A stretch of 62,604 nt of DNA from Candidatus Collierbacteria bacterium (GCA_903886255.1 CAISLM010000073.1:1-62604); one strand, 5' to 3'; shown: positions 18,426 to 28,091, counted from the first letter of the stretch. Numbers and translations: made by a program. The notes: generated by a model from the sequence alone, not told the origin.

Positions 18426-19433
18426 ATGGAGATAAATAATGAAGAAATATTACTTCCTCGGAAAAAGTCCGAAGAAGTTATTTCCCATTCCTACAATGCA
18501 GGTAACTTTGGCCTTAAAGAATCGCAACAGGACCCGGGTAAAGATATCTTTATGACTTCATTGGATTCTATTGCGGATTATGTCAAATATTTACCATTTT
18601 TACCCAAAGGATTCGGAATTACCGGAGGAGTAGCTAGGGGAGCATTATTAGAACTTCTTGGCGAAAAGTCTCCTCGCGCCATTGATATCGACGTTGAGGG
18701 AATTATTGATCTCAATCCTGATTTTGATAAAAGACACGAACTGGAAGAATCTTTTCTTCAAAACGGTAAAGTCGAGAAAGTTGGTTTCAAAGGTAGTCTT
18801 ATTGAATATTTTCATTCAAGAGACTTTACGATAAACGAAGTTTTCCTATATGGGAATAAATTGTATTTTTCTCGACGTGCTATACAAGATATGGAGGAAA
18901 AGGTCATCCGTCCAACCAAATATGAAACAGATAATTACGAAGATGATACTGAAATCACTACCGTTAATTGGGAATCGGTAAAACCAAAACTACTAATAAA
19001 AGCTCTACTTCTTGAAATTGAATTTATTAAACAATATGGAAAAGGTTCGATTAAAGATGCTGAAATCTGGAAATGGAAACTGAATAATATTCCGGCTTTT
19101 TATCTTGCCCTTGGTCTTGACAAAGCCAGCAAAAAAGAAATAGAGCTGGAGTTTCTTAGACAGCTTCTTGACCTAAGAGCGATTCCGGCAGATCAACTCC
19201 CCGAAGGTGTAACTATGAGTAGCGTCAGAAGGCTAGCAGGATTAACAAAGCATTGGATGATTGAGGAACACAACAATCGGAATTTTGTATTTAGTGACGA
19301 ATTCTTCGATCGAGCCTATTCGGAGGAAATGAAAGTCGAGGACGATACTGAATTTGAAGAAATATATAACAAATTGATTTCGAAAGCAGTCAAGCTAAAG
19401 AATGTTTCTAAAGAAGATCTGGAATATTTTTAA
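18426..19433 (+). CDS. Divergent class II (CCA/poly(A)-polymerase head-domain) nucleotidyltransferase
   Basis: Motif A-like GGVARGALL...DIDV and motif B-like SRDFTINEV; no recognisable EDxxR motif or HD domain. TATAAT 6 nt upstream of ATG. Confidence 0.65.
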   Translation: MEINNEEILLPRKKSEEVISHSYNAGNFGLKESQQDPGKDIFMTSLDSIADYVKYLPFLPKGFGITGGVARGALLELLGEKSPRAIDIDVEGIIDLNPDFDKRHELEESFLQNGKVEKVGFKGSLIEYFHSRDFTINEVFLYGNKLYFSRRAIQDMEEKVIRPTKYETDNYEDDTEITTVNWESVKPKLLIKALLLEIEFIKQYGKGSIKDAEIWKWKLNNIPAFYLALGLDKASKKEIELEFLRQLLDLRAIPADQLPEGVTMSSVRRLAGLTKHWMIEEHNNRNFVFSDEFFDRAYSEEMKVEDDTEFEEIYNKLISKAVKLKNVSKEDLEYF

Positions 19434-19502
19434 AATTCTCTTTTTAAACCTATCTCCTTTTGAGGTTATAATACTGCAGACAAGTCATCAACTATTGTTT
19501 TA

Positions 19503-20765
19503 ATGAATAAAAAATTATTGTTACTTTCAGCCATCATTTCCACCGCCATAATACTTAGTGGTTGTACCATTACAAAATCAGTTTCACCCAATGCTATTCT
19601 CTTGTCTCCAGATACGAATTCAACTTCTCCGGCAGATTCGAATGAGACAGTCACTCCAACAAACACTACTATTGCACCACAGACAAAATTGACCCAAATA
19701 GAGCTAATCTTGGATGATTCAGGCAGCATGGTCGGGTTGGTCGAAGGCAAATCAAAAATTGATATAGCCAAAGAATCTATCGGTAAAATCATTGACGAGC
19801 TAAAAACCAAAGATAATTTGCAGGTAGCTCTCAGAATTTACGGCCATCAAAATAAAGAATGTACTAACTCGGTCTTGGAGTTTCCTATGGGCAAAATTAA
19901 TGCCGACCAGATGAAATCAAAAGTTGTTAATTTAAAACCATTGGGAAGTACCCCCATATCGTATTCGCTAACCGAATCAGTTAAGGATTTCAACAAAACA
20001 ATTCCCGGTGACAAAATGGTAATTTTAGTCACCGATGGTTTGGAAAGCTGTGGTGGAGATCCCTGCGCCGCCGCCAAAGCTCTACTGGCCGGTGGTGTGA
20101 TCAATAAAATGCAAGTTGTTGGTTTTGGTATGAGTAAGACTGAACTCGGAACGTTGCAATGTATCGCTGATCCTTTTAAAGGCCAAGTCGTTGGAGCCAA
20201 CAATTCCACTGAATTTTTATCGGCTATGCAGCAAATTGTCGAAAAAGCGACCACCCAGCCCAATTTTAATGTGTCGGTTATTGGTGCCGATGGAAAACCA
20301 CTTCAGGCCAGTGATATTTGCGTCTACCCCCAGGGTCAAACCGAAACCGAAACCGCCTGTGCCGGTATGTACGCCACTGACTTTGGATTTACTCTTAAAT
20401 CCGGAATTTACGATATAAAGGTTACCAACGGCGGCACCTCGGCCGAAACCTGGCTAAAAAATATCGAAATTGCAGACGGAAAAATCGTCAATAAAATTGT
20501 TTCCTTTGCCGAAGGCAATTTGAAGGTAGATGTTGTTAATGCCTCCGGAGAATCGACCCAGGCCAGTGATATTTGCGTCTACCCCCAGGGTCAAACCGAA
20601 ACCGAAACCGCCTGTGCCGGTATGTTTACTGCCGAATATGAATTTAAGTTAACGCCGGGAATTTACGATTTAAAAGTCAGTACCTATGATGGTACGGGAG
20701 AAAAATGGACCAAAGACGTTGAAATCAAGGCTTCACAGACTGTTTCTCAGAAGATTGCTCTATAG
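19503..20765 (+). CDS. VWA-domain lipoprotein with two C-terminal repeated beta-sandwich domains
   Basis: Lipobox IILSGC; MIDAS LILDDSGSM...GSTP...LVTDG; two QASDICVYPQGQTETETACAGM repeats. Confidence 0.85.
   Translation: MNKKLLLLSAIISTAIILSGCTITKSVSPNAILLSPDTNSTSPADSNETVTPTNTTIAPQTKLTQIELILDDSGSMVGLVEGKSKIDIAKESIGKIIDELKTKDNLQVALRIYGHQNKECTNSVLEFPMGKINADQMKSKVVNLKPLGSTPISYSLTESVKDFNKTIPGDKMVILVTDGLESCGGDPCAAAKALLAGGVINKMQVVGFGMSKTELGTLQCIADPFKGQVVGANNSTEFLSAMQQIVEKATTQPNFNVSVIGADGKPLQASDICVYPQGQTETETACAGMYATDFGFTLKSGIYDIKVTNGGTSAETWLKNIEIADGKIVNKIVSFAEGNLKVDVVNASGESTQASDICVYPQGQTETETACAGMFTAEYEFKLTPGIYDLKVSTYDGTGEKWTKDVEIKASQTVSQKIAL
20304..20370 (+). repeat. Exact 67-bp direct repeat, copy 1
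   Basis: CAGGCCAGTGAT...GCCGGTATGT is identical to 20559-20625. Confidence 0.95.
20559..20625 (+). repeat. Exact 67-bp direct repeat, copy 2
   Basis: Identical to 20304-20370; period 255 bp. Confidence 0.95.
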
Positions 20766-20900
20766 TTTAAATTGCCCAAATTCACCGATTGACCCTAACG
20801 CCACACTTTTAGTTCAACAGGCAAGACGTTTTGTGATTTTTCTACAACAAATTATCCATTTTTCATTGTAATGTAGCTGAATTTAATATATTCTTAAAAT

Positions 20901-21929
20901 ATGAATATCCCAAAAATTAAGACTTTCATATCGTTATCTGTTGTTACAGCTCTTGGTGTCATATCATTCTTGGGTATTAATTACTTAAAAAATTCAAATT
21001 TAATAGATAAAGTTCAAGCAGCCGCAGAAACAATTAACACCTTAAATTATTTTGTTAGTAAAAACCCAAGTATAGAGTTGGTAGATGTAGGAGGTTCCTT
21101 GGGCCAGGTGGTTAGTGGCCAAACAGCCTACTATGTTAAATTTTCTTTGCCAACCAATTACGAAAAATATTCTTGGGATTCAAACTATATCTATTTAAAG
21201 GAAGATAGAAGTGGTGCCCCCAACGCTTACTATACATTTTCTCCGGGAATGTGGATGAAAAGATCCATGAAAGTTGGAGAAAAAATTGTTGTTGCGAACA
21301 ATGCTATTGTCAATTATTCAAACTGTTCCCGCACCACTTCAAGCACCTTTCCCTATACCATGACACTTGAACAACATATCCCTAATTACAACGCCGGCGG
21401 AGACTTGGGAACACAAGATGTTATTGTCCTTAAATACGATTATTACGGAGATTTTGAAAGATTTTATTACAGCAACAAATGGGGGTGGATCAAGTGGCAG
21501 TTAGTGGATAGCAAGGGTGTCGTTAAACAGGAATCAGTTTTTAACAAGATTCTTAAAGTTAAACCTACATTTTCCTCCTCTCTTACTTGTGCAAAATGTG
21601 TTTCCACTACAATTCCTACCAAAATTGCCCCCGGTGCATCAAAGACCGTGACTGTCACTCTTAAGAATGTCGGTGACGTCAGCTGGAATATCAATGCCGC
21701 CAAACCATATAAATTAGGTTCCCAAAGTCCGCAGGACAATCAAGTCTGGGGGCTTGGAAGGGTGGCTTTGCCTACAACTACTAACTCTGGCGGAACACAA
21801 AATTTTACTTTTCAGATAAAGGCTCCTACTACCCCGGGAACTTATTCCAGTCGCTGGCAAATGCTTCAAGATGGAGTGATGTGGTTTGGAGATATTTGCG
21901 GTCCAACCTCGATTAGCGTGAGTAATTAG
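20901..21929 (+). CDS. Secreted or membrane-anchored protein with C-terminal NBR1-Ig-like (FW) domain
   Basis: N-terminal signal/TM; C-terminal PGASKTVTVTLKNVGDVSW...IKAPTTPGTYSSRWQM...WFG. Confidence 0.7.
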   Translation: MNIPKIKTFISLSVVTALGVISFLGINYLKNSNLIDKVQAAAETINTLNYFVSKNPSIELVDVGGSLGQVVSGQTAYYVKFSLPTNYEKYSWDSNYIYLKEDRSGAPNAYYTFSPGMWMKRSMKVGEKIVVANNAIVNYSNCSRTTSSTFPYTMTLEQHIPNYNAGGDLGTQDVIVLKYDYYGDFERFYYSNKWGWIKWQLVDSKGVVKQESVFNKILKVKPTFSSSLTCAKCVSTTIPTKIAPGASKTVTVTLKNVGDVSWNINAAKPYKLGSQSPQDNQVWGLGRVALPTTTNSGGTQNFTFQIKAPTTPGTYSSRWQMLQDGVMWFGDICGPTSISVSN

Positions 21930-21954
21930 CCTTCTGGAGGATTAAATATTTTCT

Positions 21955-22743
21955 CTAAAGATTTTTCAAAAATACCTCAGGGTTATTGAGGAAATCTCGC
22001 ATCAGTTGAAAAGATTCGATATCTTTATATTTAATTGGATGAATTGTGTTGTTGTCGAAAGAATATATTGTTGCTTCCGGTAGGGTGGTAAGAATCGGGG
22101 AGTGGGTGGCGATGATAAATTGCGCGTCCTTTTTAATCATCTCGCGCAACATCAAAACTAATTCCAGTTGGCTGTTAAATGAGAGCGGAGTCTCCGGTTC
22201 ATCCAGAAGATAAAGTCCGCCCGGAACAAACCGCGATTGGAATATTTTTAAGAAAGTTTCTCCATGAGAATTGGCATCAAGATCTGCGCCATATCGGTTT
22301 TCGAATGATTGCTTCTGTCCCAAAACAGCGCCAACGGCTAGTTTTTGTCCATACCCCGAAAATTTCTTGCTAAAACGATCCGCGTTTTTATCCAGTCCGA
22401 TTTTTGTTTTTGCCAAATATTTTGTAAATCCAAAGACATCTTCACTCCGGACAAAGAAACCTTTGTGTGTTCGGATTTTCCATGATAGTTTAAGATTTTC
22501 GGCCAATAACTTTGAAGGAGAAAGAGTATTATCTTGGTCAAGTGATTTTTCGCCAATGGTATGAGAATTGGCTGCCACTGCCAAACTTTCCAAGAAAGTT
22601 GATTTACCTGTGCCATTTTCACCAACCAGAAATGTAATTGGTGACGATAAGTTAATCGATTTCAAACCTCCAATTGTCGGAACGGAAAATGGATATCCGG
22701 AATTTTCCGAAGATATTTTAGTAATTTTTGTCAGGAAAATCAT
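21955..22743 (-). CDS. Stand-alone ABC-type (AAA_21/COG3910-like) ATPase
   Basis: Walker A GENGTGKST, signature-like SHGE, Walker B LLDEPE, IIATHSP; no permease nearby. Confidence 0.85.
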   Translation of the reverse strand: MIFLTKITKISSENSGYPFSVPTIGGLKSINLSSPITFLVGENGTGKSTFLESLAVAANSHTIGEKSLDQDNTLSPSKLLAENLKLSWKIRTHKGFFVRSEDVFGFTKYLAKTKIGLDKNADRFSKKFSGYGQKLAVGAVLGQKQSFENRYGADLDANSHGETFLKIFQSRFVPGGLYLLDEPETPLSFNSQLELVLMLREMIKKDAQFIIATHSPILTTLPEATIYSFDNNTIHPIKYKDIESFQLMRDFLNNPEVFLKNL

Positions 22744-22820
22744 TTACCACTGCATTATAGCTTTTGAAAAACTCATAAAGTATTCATTGACTTTTCAAAC
22801 GATTACAATAATATCAACAT

Positions 22821-23432
22821 ATGGACTCAGATAAACACACAGGACCATCGGGATATACAGAAATTGGTGTATATAACTTATATCAGAGAAAATGGGAATC
22901 TGGACCGATAGGTCCGGCTGCTAAGCCAGCCTCCGAAATAAAAGAAGAAAACAAAGAAACATTTAATCGCATCACTATCGGCGACTCAATTCCCCTCACA
23001 GAAGGTCCCATCACCATCGGTCGTGGCACAGGAGGGCCTGTCGAAGGATATCAAACTTATCAAATTTCCGAACTGAACGAGAATCCGGAGTTTCGTTGCG
23101 TCAACAATTACGGAGCGGTTATTAGTCTGGATACTGATGGTTTTTTAAATATCTCCAAAGCAGTTGGTATCAAAGCTTCCAAGATGCGCGAGCCTTACTC
23201 AACTGATCCTGATACAAACTATAGCTGGATTGATGTCCGAGATTCCGATAGGAGTTACCCGCCTAGTGTTGACGGCGGTTATCGCATAAGCGCCGATAAA
23301 GTTGACCTTGTGATTGTTAGGGCAAAGTCACGCCAGGGTGGCGATCAAGTATATAGTTATACCTTGAAATGGGAGAACGATAAAAAATCTTTCCTTCTCG
23401 CAGCCATCAGCCCTGATCCGCTCAAAAAATAA
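22821..23432 (+). CDS. Hypothetical protein, possible degenerate FHA fold
   Basis: PITIGRG...CVNNYGAVISLDTDGFLNI; promoter TTGACT-16 nt-TAATAT at 22787-22814. Confidence 0.55.
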   Translation: MDSDKHTGPSGYTEIGVYNLYQRKWESGPIGPAAKPASEIKEENKETFNRITIGDSIPLTEGPITIGRGTGGPVEGYQTYQISELNENPEFRCVNNYGAVISLDTDGFLNISKAVGIKASKMREPYSTDPDTNYSWIDVRDSDRSYPPSVDGGYRISADKVDLVIVRAKSRQGGDQVYSYTLKWENDKKSFLLAAISPDPLKK

Positions 23433-23473
23433 AGTTTGATAGTTTTAAAACTTTATTTGTTATACTTTATGAC

Positions 23474-24094
23474 ATGCCTGTACCATTCCTAGTCAAAAAC
23501 GTCAAAAACTTAAGTTACAAAGATAACAGCTCCACAATTAGTTGGGGAAAATTTGTCGAATGGTATTCGACACAAAAAGCAAAGTCTGTCTTTAATAGGG
23601 TAAAGCCATATATTAAAGGAAAAAATCTTTTAGACGTCGGTTTTGGCGCCGGCACTGTTGCCAAATTAATGGTCAACTCAGGATACAAAGTTGAAGGCAT
23701 CGATGTTGCTGACTTAAGTATTTATAAAGATTTAAAGGCCACTCTTTATGATGGTAATAAAATGCCATTTAAAAATAATTCCTTTGATACGGCTGTAATT
23801 GTTCATGTTTTGCACCACTGCAAAGAACCCCTTGAGGTTCTAAAAGAAGCCAAAAGATGTGCCAAGAGAGTCGTTTTTATTGAGGATACATATCGGAACG
23901 AATTCGAAAAAAAGATCGTGTCGTTTAATGACAACATTGGCAACTGGGAATTCTATCAACACCCTTATTTAAAAGACACTGTCTGGAAATCTACTATTAA
24001 AAAGATGGGAATGAAATTAATTTTTCAAACATCCTGGACAGAAAGATCACCCATTTTTTTACCTTCCCGTTACTGTCTCTGCGTAATAGAGTAA
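23474..24094 (+). CDS. Class I SAM-dependent methyltransferase
   Basis: LLDVGFGAG, GIDV, YDGNKMPFKNNSFD, VLHH...VLKEAKR. Confidence 0.9.
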   Translation: MPVPFLVKNVKNLSYKDNSSTISWGKFVEWYSTQKAKSVFNRVKPYIKGKNLLDVGFGAGTVAKLMVNSGYKVEGIDVADLSIYKDLKATLYDGNKMPFKNNSFDTAVIVHVLHHCKEPLEVLKEAKRCAKRVVFIEDTYRNEFEKKIVSFNDNIGNWEFYQHPYLKDTVWKSTIKKMGMKLIFQTSWTERSPIFLPSRYCLCVIE

Positions 24095-24207
24095 CATCAT
24101 TTCCACTTCCACGCCTAAACTATGGTAAAATTAGCCTTGTGTAAATTCTGGCCTTTTGGTCAGGTTTATCTCGTCAAAATAAATAATTAAAGAAAAACTT
24201 AAAAAGT

Positions 24208-26328
24208 ATGGCTACAGCCGTCTCAAAACAAGTCCCACTCGACCGCGTTAGAAACATTGGAGTTATTGCTCATATCGATGCCGGCAAAACCACCACCACT
24301 GAACGTATTCTTTTCTATACCGGTAAAACCTACAAAATTGGAGATATTGATGAAGGCGATACTCAGATGGACTGGATGGACCAAGAGCGCGAACGTGGTA
24401 TTACCATCGTTTCCGCCGCCACCACCACTTTCTGGACCCCAGTTTTACCCGATGCAAATTTCAAAGAAGACTTCCGTTTCAACATTATCGATACTCCCGG
24501 CCACGTTGACTTCACTGCCGAAGTTGAACGTTCTCTCCGTGTTCTTGATGGAGGCATTATTGTTCTTGATGCCGGAAGTGGAGTTCAGTCTCAAACCGAA
24601 ACTGTTTGGCGCCAAGCCGACAAATACAAAGTTCCTCGTATTGCATTAATTAACAAGATGGATGTCTTAGGCGCCGATTTTATGGCGACAATCAAAGACG
24701 TTCACGAAAAACTCGGTGCCAAAACTGCCATTCTTGCTCTCCCCATTGGTGTTGAAAACACTTTTAGGGGTATCGTTTTACTTTTGGAAAGAAAAACTAT
24801 TATCTGGCAAGGCGACGAAACCGGAGCCAAATATGATGTGACTGAAGGTTTTCCGGAAGACATGAAAGCCGATTGTGAAAGTGAAAGAGGGAAGCTCATC
24901 GAGTCAATTGTTGAAACAGACGAAGCTTTAATGGAAAAATACTTAAATGGTGAAGAACCTTCTATGAAAGATCTCAAAACTGCTCTTCGTAGAGCCACCA
25001 TTGCCAACGAAATTGTTCCTGTTTTCCCTGGTTCATCCCTTCGTAACAAAGGTGTTCAGCCTCTTCTCGATGCTGTCGTCGATTTCCTACCTTCCCCTCT
25101 TGATATCAAAGACACTGTCGGTATCAACCCCAAAACCAAAGAAGAAGAAACAAGAAAACCCAGCCCGGATGAATCATTTGTCGGTCTTGCCTTCAAAATT
25201 CAAGCCGATCCTCATGTTGGAAAACTAACCTATGTCCGTATTTACTCCGGAAAAATCACCGCCGGTTCATTTGTTTTTAACGCCAGTAAATCTGTTCGCG
25301 AACGCCTTGGCCGTTTGGTTTTGATGCACGCCAACACTCGTGAAGAAATAAATGAAGCCAAAGCAGGTGAGATAGTCGCCATTGTTGGTCTAAAATCCAC
25401 CAAAACCGGAGACACTTTATGTGATGAATCAAAACCAATAGTTCTTGAATCAATCGATTTCCCGGAGCCGGTTATTTCTCTTGCCATTGAACCAAAAACC
25501 AAAGCCGATCAAGAAAAGCTCGATCTGGCTCTTAGTCGCCTTTCCGAAGAAGATCCTACTTTCAAAATCAAAACCAATCAGGAAACCGGTCAAACAGTTA
25601 TTGCCGGCATGGGTGAACTTCATCTGGAAGTTTTGGTTGAACGTCTTCGCCGCGAATTCAAAGTCGACGCAACGACCGGTGCTCCTCAAGTTGCCTACCG
25701 CGAAACCATTACTAAAGAAGCCAAGGGTGAAGGGAAATATATTCGCCAATCCGGTGGTCGTGGTCAATATGGTCACTGTATCTTAGTGGTTACTCCCAAA
25801 CCCCGTGGCGAGGGATTTACCTTTACCAATAAAATTGTCGGTGGTTCCATTCCGAGAGAATTCATTAACCCAATCGAAAAAGGTGTCCGCGAATGTCTCG
25901 ACAATGGTGTTATCGCCGGTTTCCCCTTAGTCGATCTTGATGTCGCCGTCGTCGATGGAAGTTTCCACGAAGTCGACTCTTCCGAAATGTCCTTCAAGAT
26001 TGCCGGTTCTATGGCTGTTCAAGACGCCGTTAAGCAAGCCGGTCCGGTCATTCTCGAGCCAATTATGAAGGTTGAAGTCACTACTCCTGAAGCCAACATG
26101 GGTGACATTATTGGAGACTTATCAGCCAGACGTGCCCAAATCGGTGGTACAACTCAACGTGGTAATGCTCGTGTCATTACGGCGACAGTTCCTCTTTCCG
26201 AGCTCTCTGCTTACTCCACCGCTATCCGTTCTTTAACCGCCGGACGTGCCAGTTATTACATGGAACCAAGTCATTATCAGGAACTTCCCAATAGCATCGC
26301 CGCAAAGTTATTGAAAAATCCAGCGTAA
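24208..26328 (+). CDS. fusA: Elongation factor G
   Basis: AHIDAGKTT, RGITI, DTPGH, NKMD, GRGQYGH; extended -10 TGGTAAAAT at 24123-24131. Confidence 0.99.
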   Translation: MATAVSKQVPLDRVRNIGVIAHIDAGKTTTTERILFYTGKTYKIGDIDEGDTQMDWMDQERERGITIVSAATTTFWTPVLPDANFKEDFRFNIIDTPGHVDFTAEVERSLRVLDGGIIVLDAGSGVQSQTETVWRQADKYKVPRIALINKMDVLGADFMATIKDVHEKLGAKTAILALPIGVENTFRGIVLLLERKTIIWQGDETGAKYDVTEGFPEDMKADCESERGKLIESIVETDEALMEKYLNGEEPSMKDLKTALRRATIANEIVPVFPGSSLRNKGVQPLLDAVVDFLPSPLDIKDTVGINPKTKEEETRKPSPDESFVGLAFKIQADPHVGKLTYVRIYSGKITAGSFVFNASKSVRERLGRLVLMHANTREEINEAKAGEIVAIVGLKSTKTGDTLCDESKPIVLESIDFPEPVISLAIEPKTKADQEKLDLALSRLSEEDPTFKIKTNQETGQTVIAGMGELHLEVLVERLRREFKVDATTGAPQVAYRETITKEAKGEGKYIRQSGGRGQYGHCILVVTPKPRGEGFTFTNKIVGGSIPREFINPIEKGVRECLDNGVIAGFPLVDLDVAVVDGSFHEVDSSEMSFKIAGSMAVQDAVKQAGPVILEPIMKVEVTTPEANMGDIIGDLSARRAQIGGTTQRGNARVITATVPLSELSAYSTAIRSLTAGRASYYMEPSHYQELPNSIAAKLLKNPA

Positions 26329-26399
26329 TAGAGTAAAATCTGCTAAAATAAATAGGCTTAAAACGCATATTATCAAAAATTAATAAAAATTAATAAAAA

Positions 26400-27575
26400 A
26401 TGGCTACATACCAAAGAACCAAACCCCACGTTAATATCGGTACTATCGGTCACGTTGACCACGGTAAGACCACATTAACTGCCGCTATTACTACCACCTT
26501 GGCTGCTCAAGGACTTGCAGAAGCCCTTCCTTTTGATCAAATTGATAAATCTCCTGAAGAGAGAGAGCGTGGAGTTACAATTCAAATTTCCCACGTCCCT
26601 TACGAAACCAAGCTCCGTCACTACGCCCACATTGACTGTCCTGGTCACCGCGACTACATCAAAAACATGATCACCGGTGCCGCTCAGATGGATGGTGCTA
26701 TCTTGGTCGTCGCTGCCACTGATGGTCCTATGCCTCAGACCAACGAACACCTTTTGCTCGCTAGCCAAGTTAACGTTCCACGTTTGGTCGTCGCTTTAAA
26801 CAAGATTGACGCTGTTTCCGATCCTGAGCTCATTGAGCTCGTCGAGATGGAAATTCGTGAAAAATTGAAGAAATATGGTTTCGAAGAAGACACCCCAATC
26901 ATTAGAGTTTCGGCTCTAAAAGCTCTTGAAGGTGATAAAGAAGCCCAAGAAGGTATCATGAAGCTCATGGATGCTGTCGACACTTGGATTCCTACCCCGG
27001 TTCGCGATCTTGATAAACCTTTCCTCATGCCTGTTGAAGATGTTTTCTCCATCAAAGGCCGTGGCACTGTCGTCACTGGTCGTATTGAAGCTGGAGTCGT
27101 CAAAATCGGTGATGAAATTGAGATTGTCGGTATCAGAGATACTCGTAAATCAGTTGTTACCGGTGTTGAAATGTTCCACCAGCAGCTCGAGCAGGGTCAA
27201 GCAGGTGATAACGTCGGACTTCTATTAAGAGGTATCGAAAAAGAAGATGTCCAAAGAGGTCAAGTTTTGGCCAAACCTGGTTCCATCACTCCTCATACCA
27301 AATTCGAAGCTGAAGCTTATATCCTAGGCAAAGATGAAGGTGGCCGCCACACTCCTATGTTCACTGGCTACAAACCTCAATTCTTTATCCGCACCACAGA
27401 TGTTACTGGTGAGGTCAAACTCCCAGAAGGTGTCGAAATGATTATGCCTGGTGACAACGCCAAAATGAGTGTCGAACTTATTCAACCAATCGCCATGACT
27501 GACGGCCAAAAATTCGCTATCCGCGAAGGTGGTCTGACTGTCGGCGCTGGAGTTATTACCAAAATCATCGCTTAA
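26400..27575 (+). CDS. tuf: Elongation factor Tu
   Basis: [25 protein letters not shown]. Confidence 0.99.
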   Translation: MATYQRTKPHVNIGTIGHVDHGKTTLTAAITTTLAAQGLAEALPFDQIDKSPEERERGVTIQISHVPYETKLRHYAHIDCPGHRDYIKNMITGAAQMDGAILVVAATDGPMPQTNEHLLLASQVNVPRLVVALNKIDAVSDPELIELVEMEIREKLKKYGFEEDTPIIRVSALKALEGDKEAQEGIMKLMDAVDTWIPTPVRDLDKPFLMPVEDVFSIKGRGTVVTGRIEAGVVKIGDEIEIVGIRDTRKSVVTGVEMFHQQLEQGQAGDNVGLLLRGIEKEDVQRGQVLAKPGSITPHTKFEAEAYILGKDEGGRHTPMFTGYKPQFFIRTTDVTGEVKLPEGVEMIMPGDNAKMSVELIQPIAMTDGQKFAIREGGLTVGAGVITKIIA

Positions 27576-27611
27576 GTCTTAGAAAATTAGCACCTTTACC
27601 TTCTTGAAAAA

Positions 27612-27923
27612 ATGACAGACCAACCACGCATCCGCGTCAAACTTAAATCCTTCGATCATCGTGTTATCGATGAAGCAGCCAAGAAAATCATTCAGGCAGC
27701 TTTAGTTTCCGGCGCCCAGGTGGTTGGTCCCGTCCCACTGCCTACCAAGAAGAAGGTTATCGTTGTCACTGCTTCTCCTCATACCGACAAAGATTCCCGA
27801 GAACAATTCGCTATCCTCACTCACAAAAGATTGATCGATATTGTGAATCCTACCAATAAGACTATTGATTCGCTTCAGCACCTTGATCTTCCCGCCGGTG
27901 TTGGAATCGAGATCAAGATGTAA
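27612..27923 (+). CDS. rpsJ: 30S ribosomal protein S10
   Basis: [15 protein letters not shown]. Confidence 0.99.
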   Translation: MTDQPRIRVKLKSFDHRVIDEAAKKIIQAALVSGAQVVGPVPLPTKKKVIVVTASPHTDKDSREQFAILTHKRLIDIVNPTNKTIDSLQHLDLPAGVGIEIKM

Positions 27924-28091
27924 TCATAATGTCGCTATCTTTAAATAACTAAAACTCCTCCTTTCCGGTTTTCGGTTTCCCCGATAATCGGGGTGGATTA
28001 TCTAATTACTAGCGAAGCGAGCGAAGTGAAAATAAAATTTTCATTTCCGAAGCAAGCGACGTAAATATGTGAATACAATATTAATAAAAAA
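27924..28091 (+). promoter_or_regulatory. 168-nt structured rpsJ-rplC spacer; candidate cis-regulatory RNA
   Basis: Outer pairing GTCGCT (27931-36)/AGCGAC (28055-60); hairpin CCCCGA-taa-TCGGGG; mutually exclusive GATAATC/GATTATC pairing; GAAAAT/ATTTTC hairpin. Confidence 0.4.

Noticed and set aside
26366-26399. Short tandem AAAATTAATA repeat before tuf
   Set aside because: Low-complexity A-rich leader typical of SD-less genes here; no further structure.
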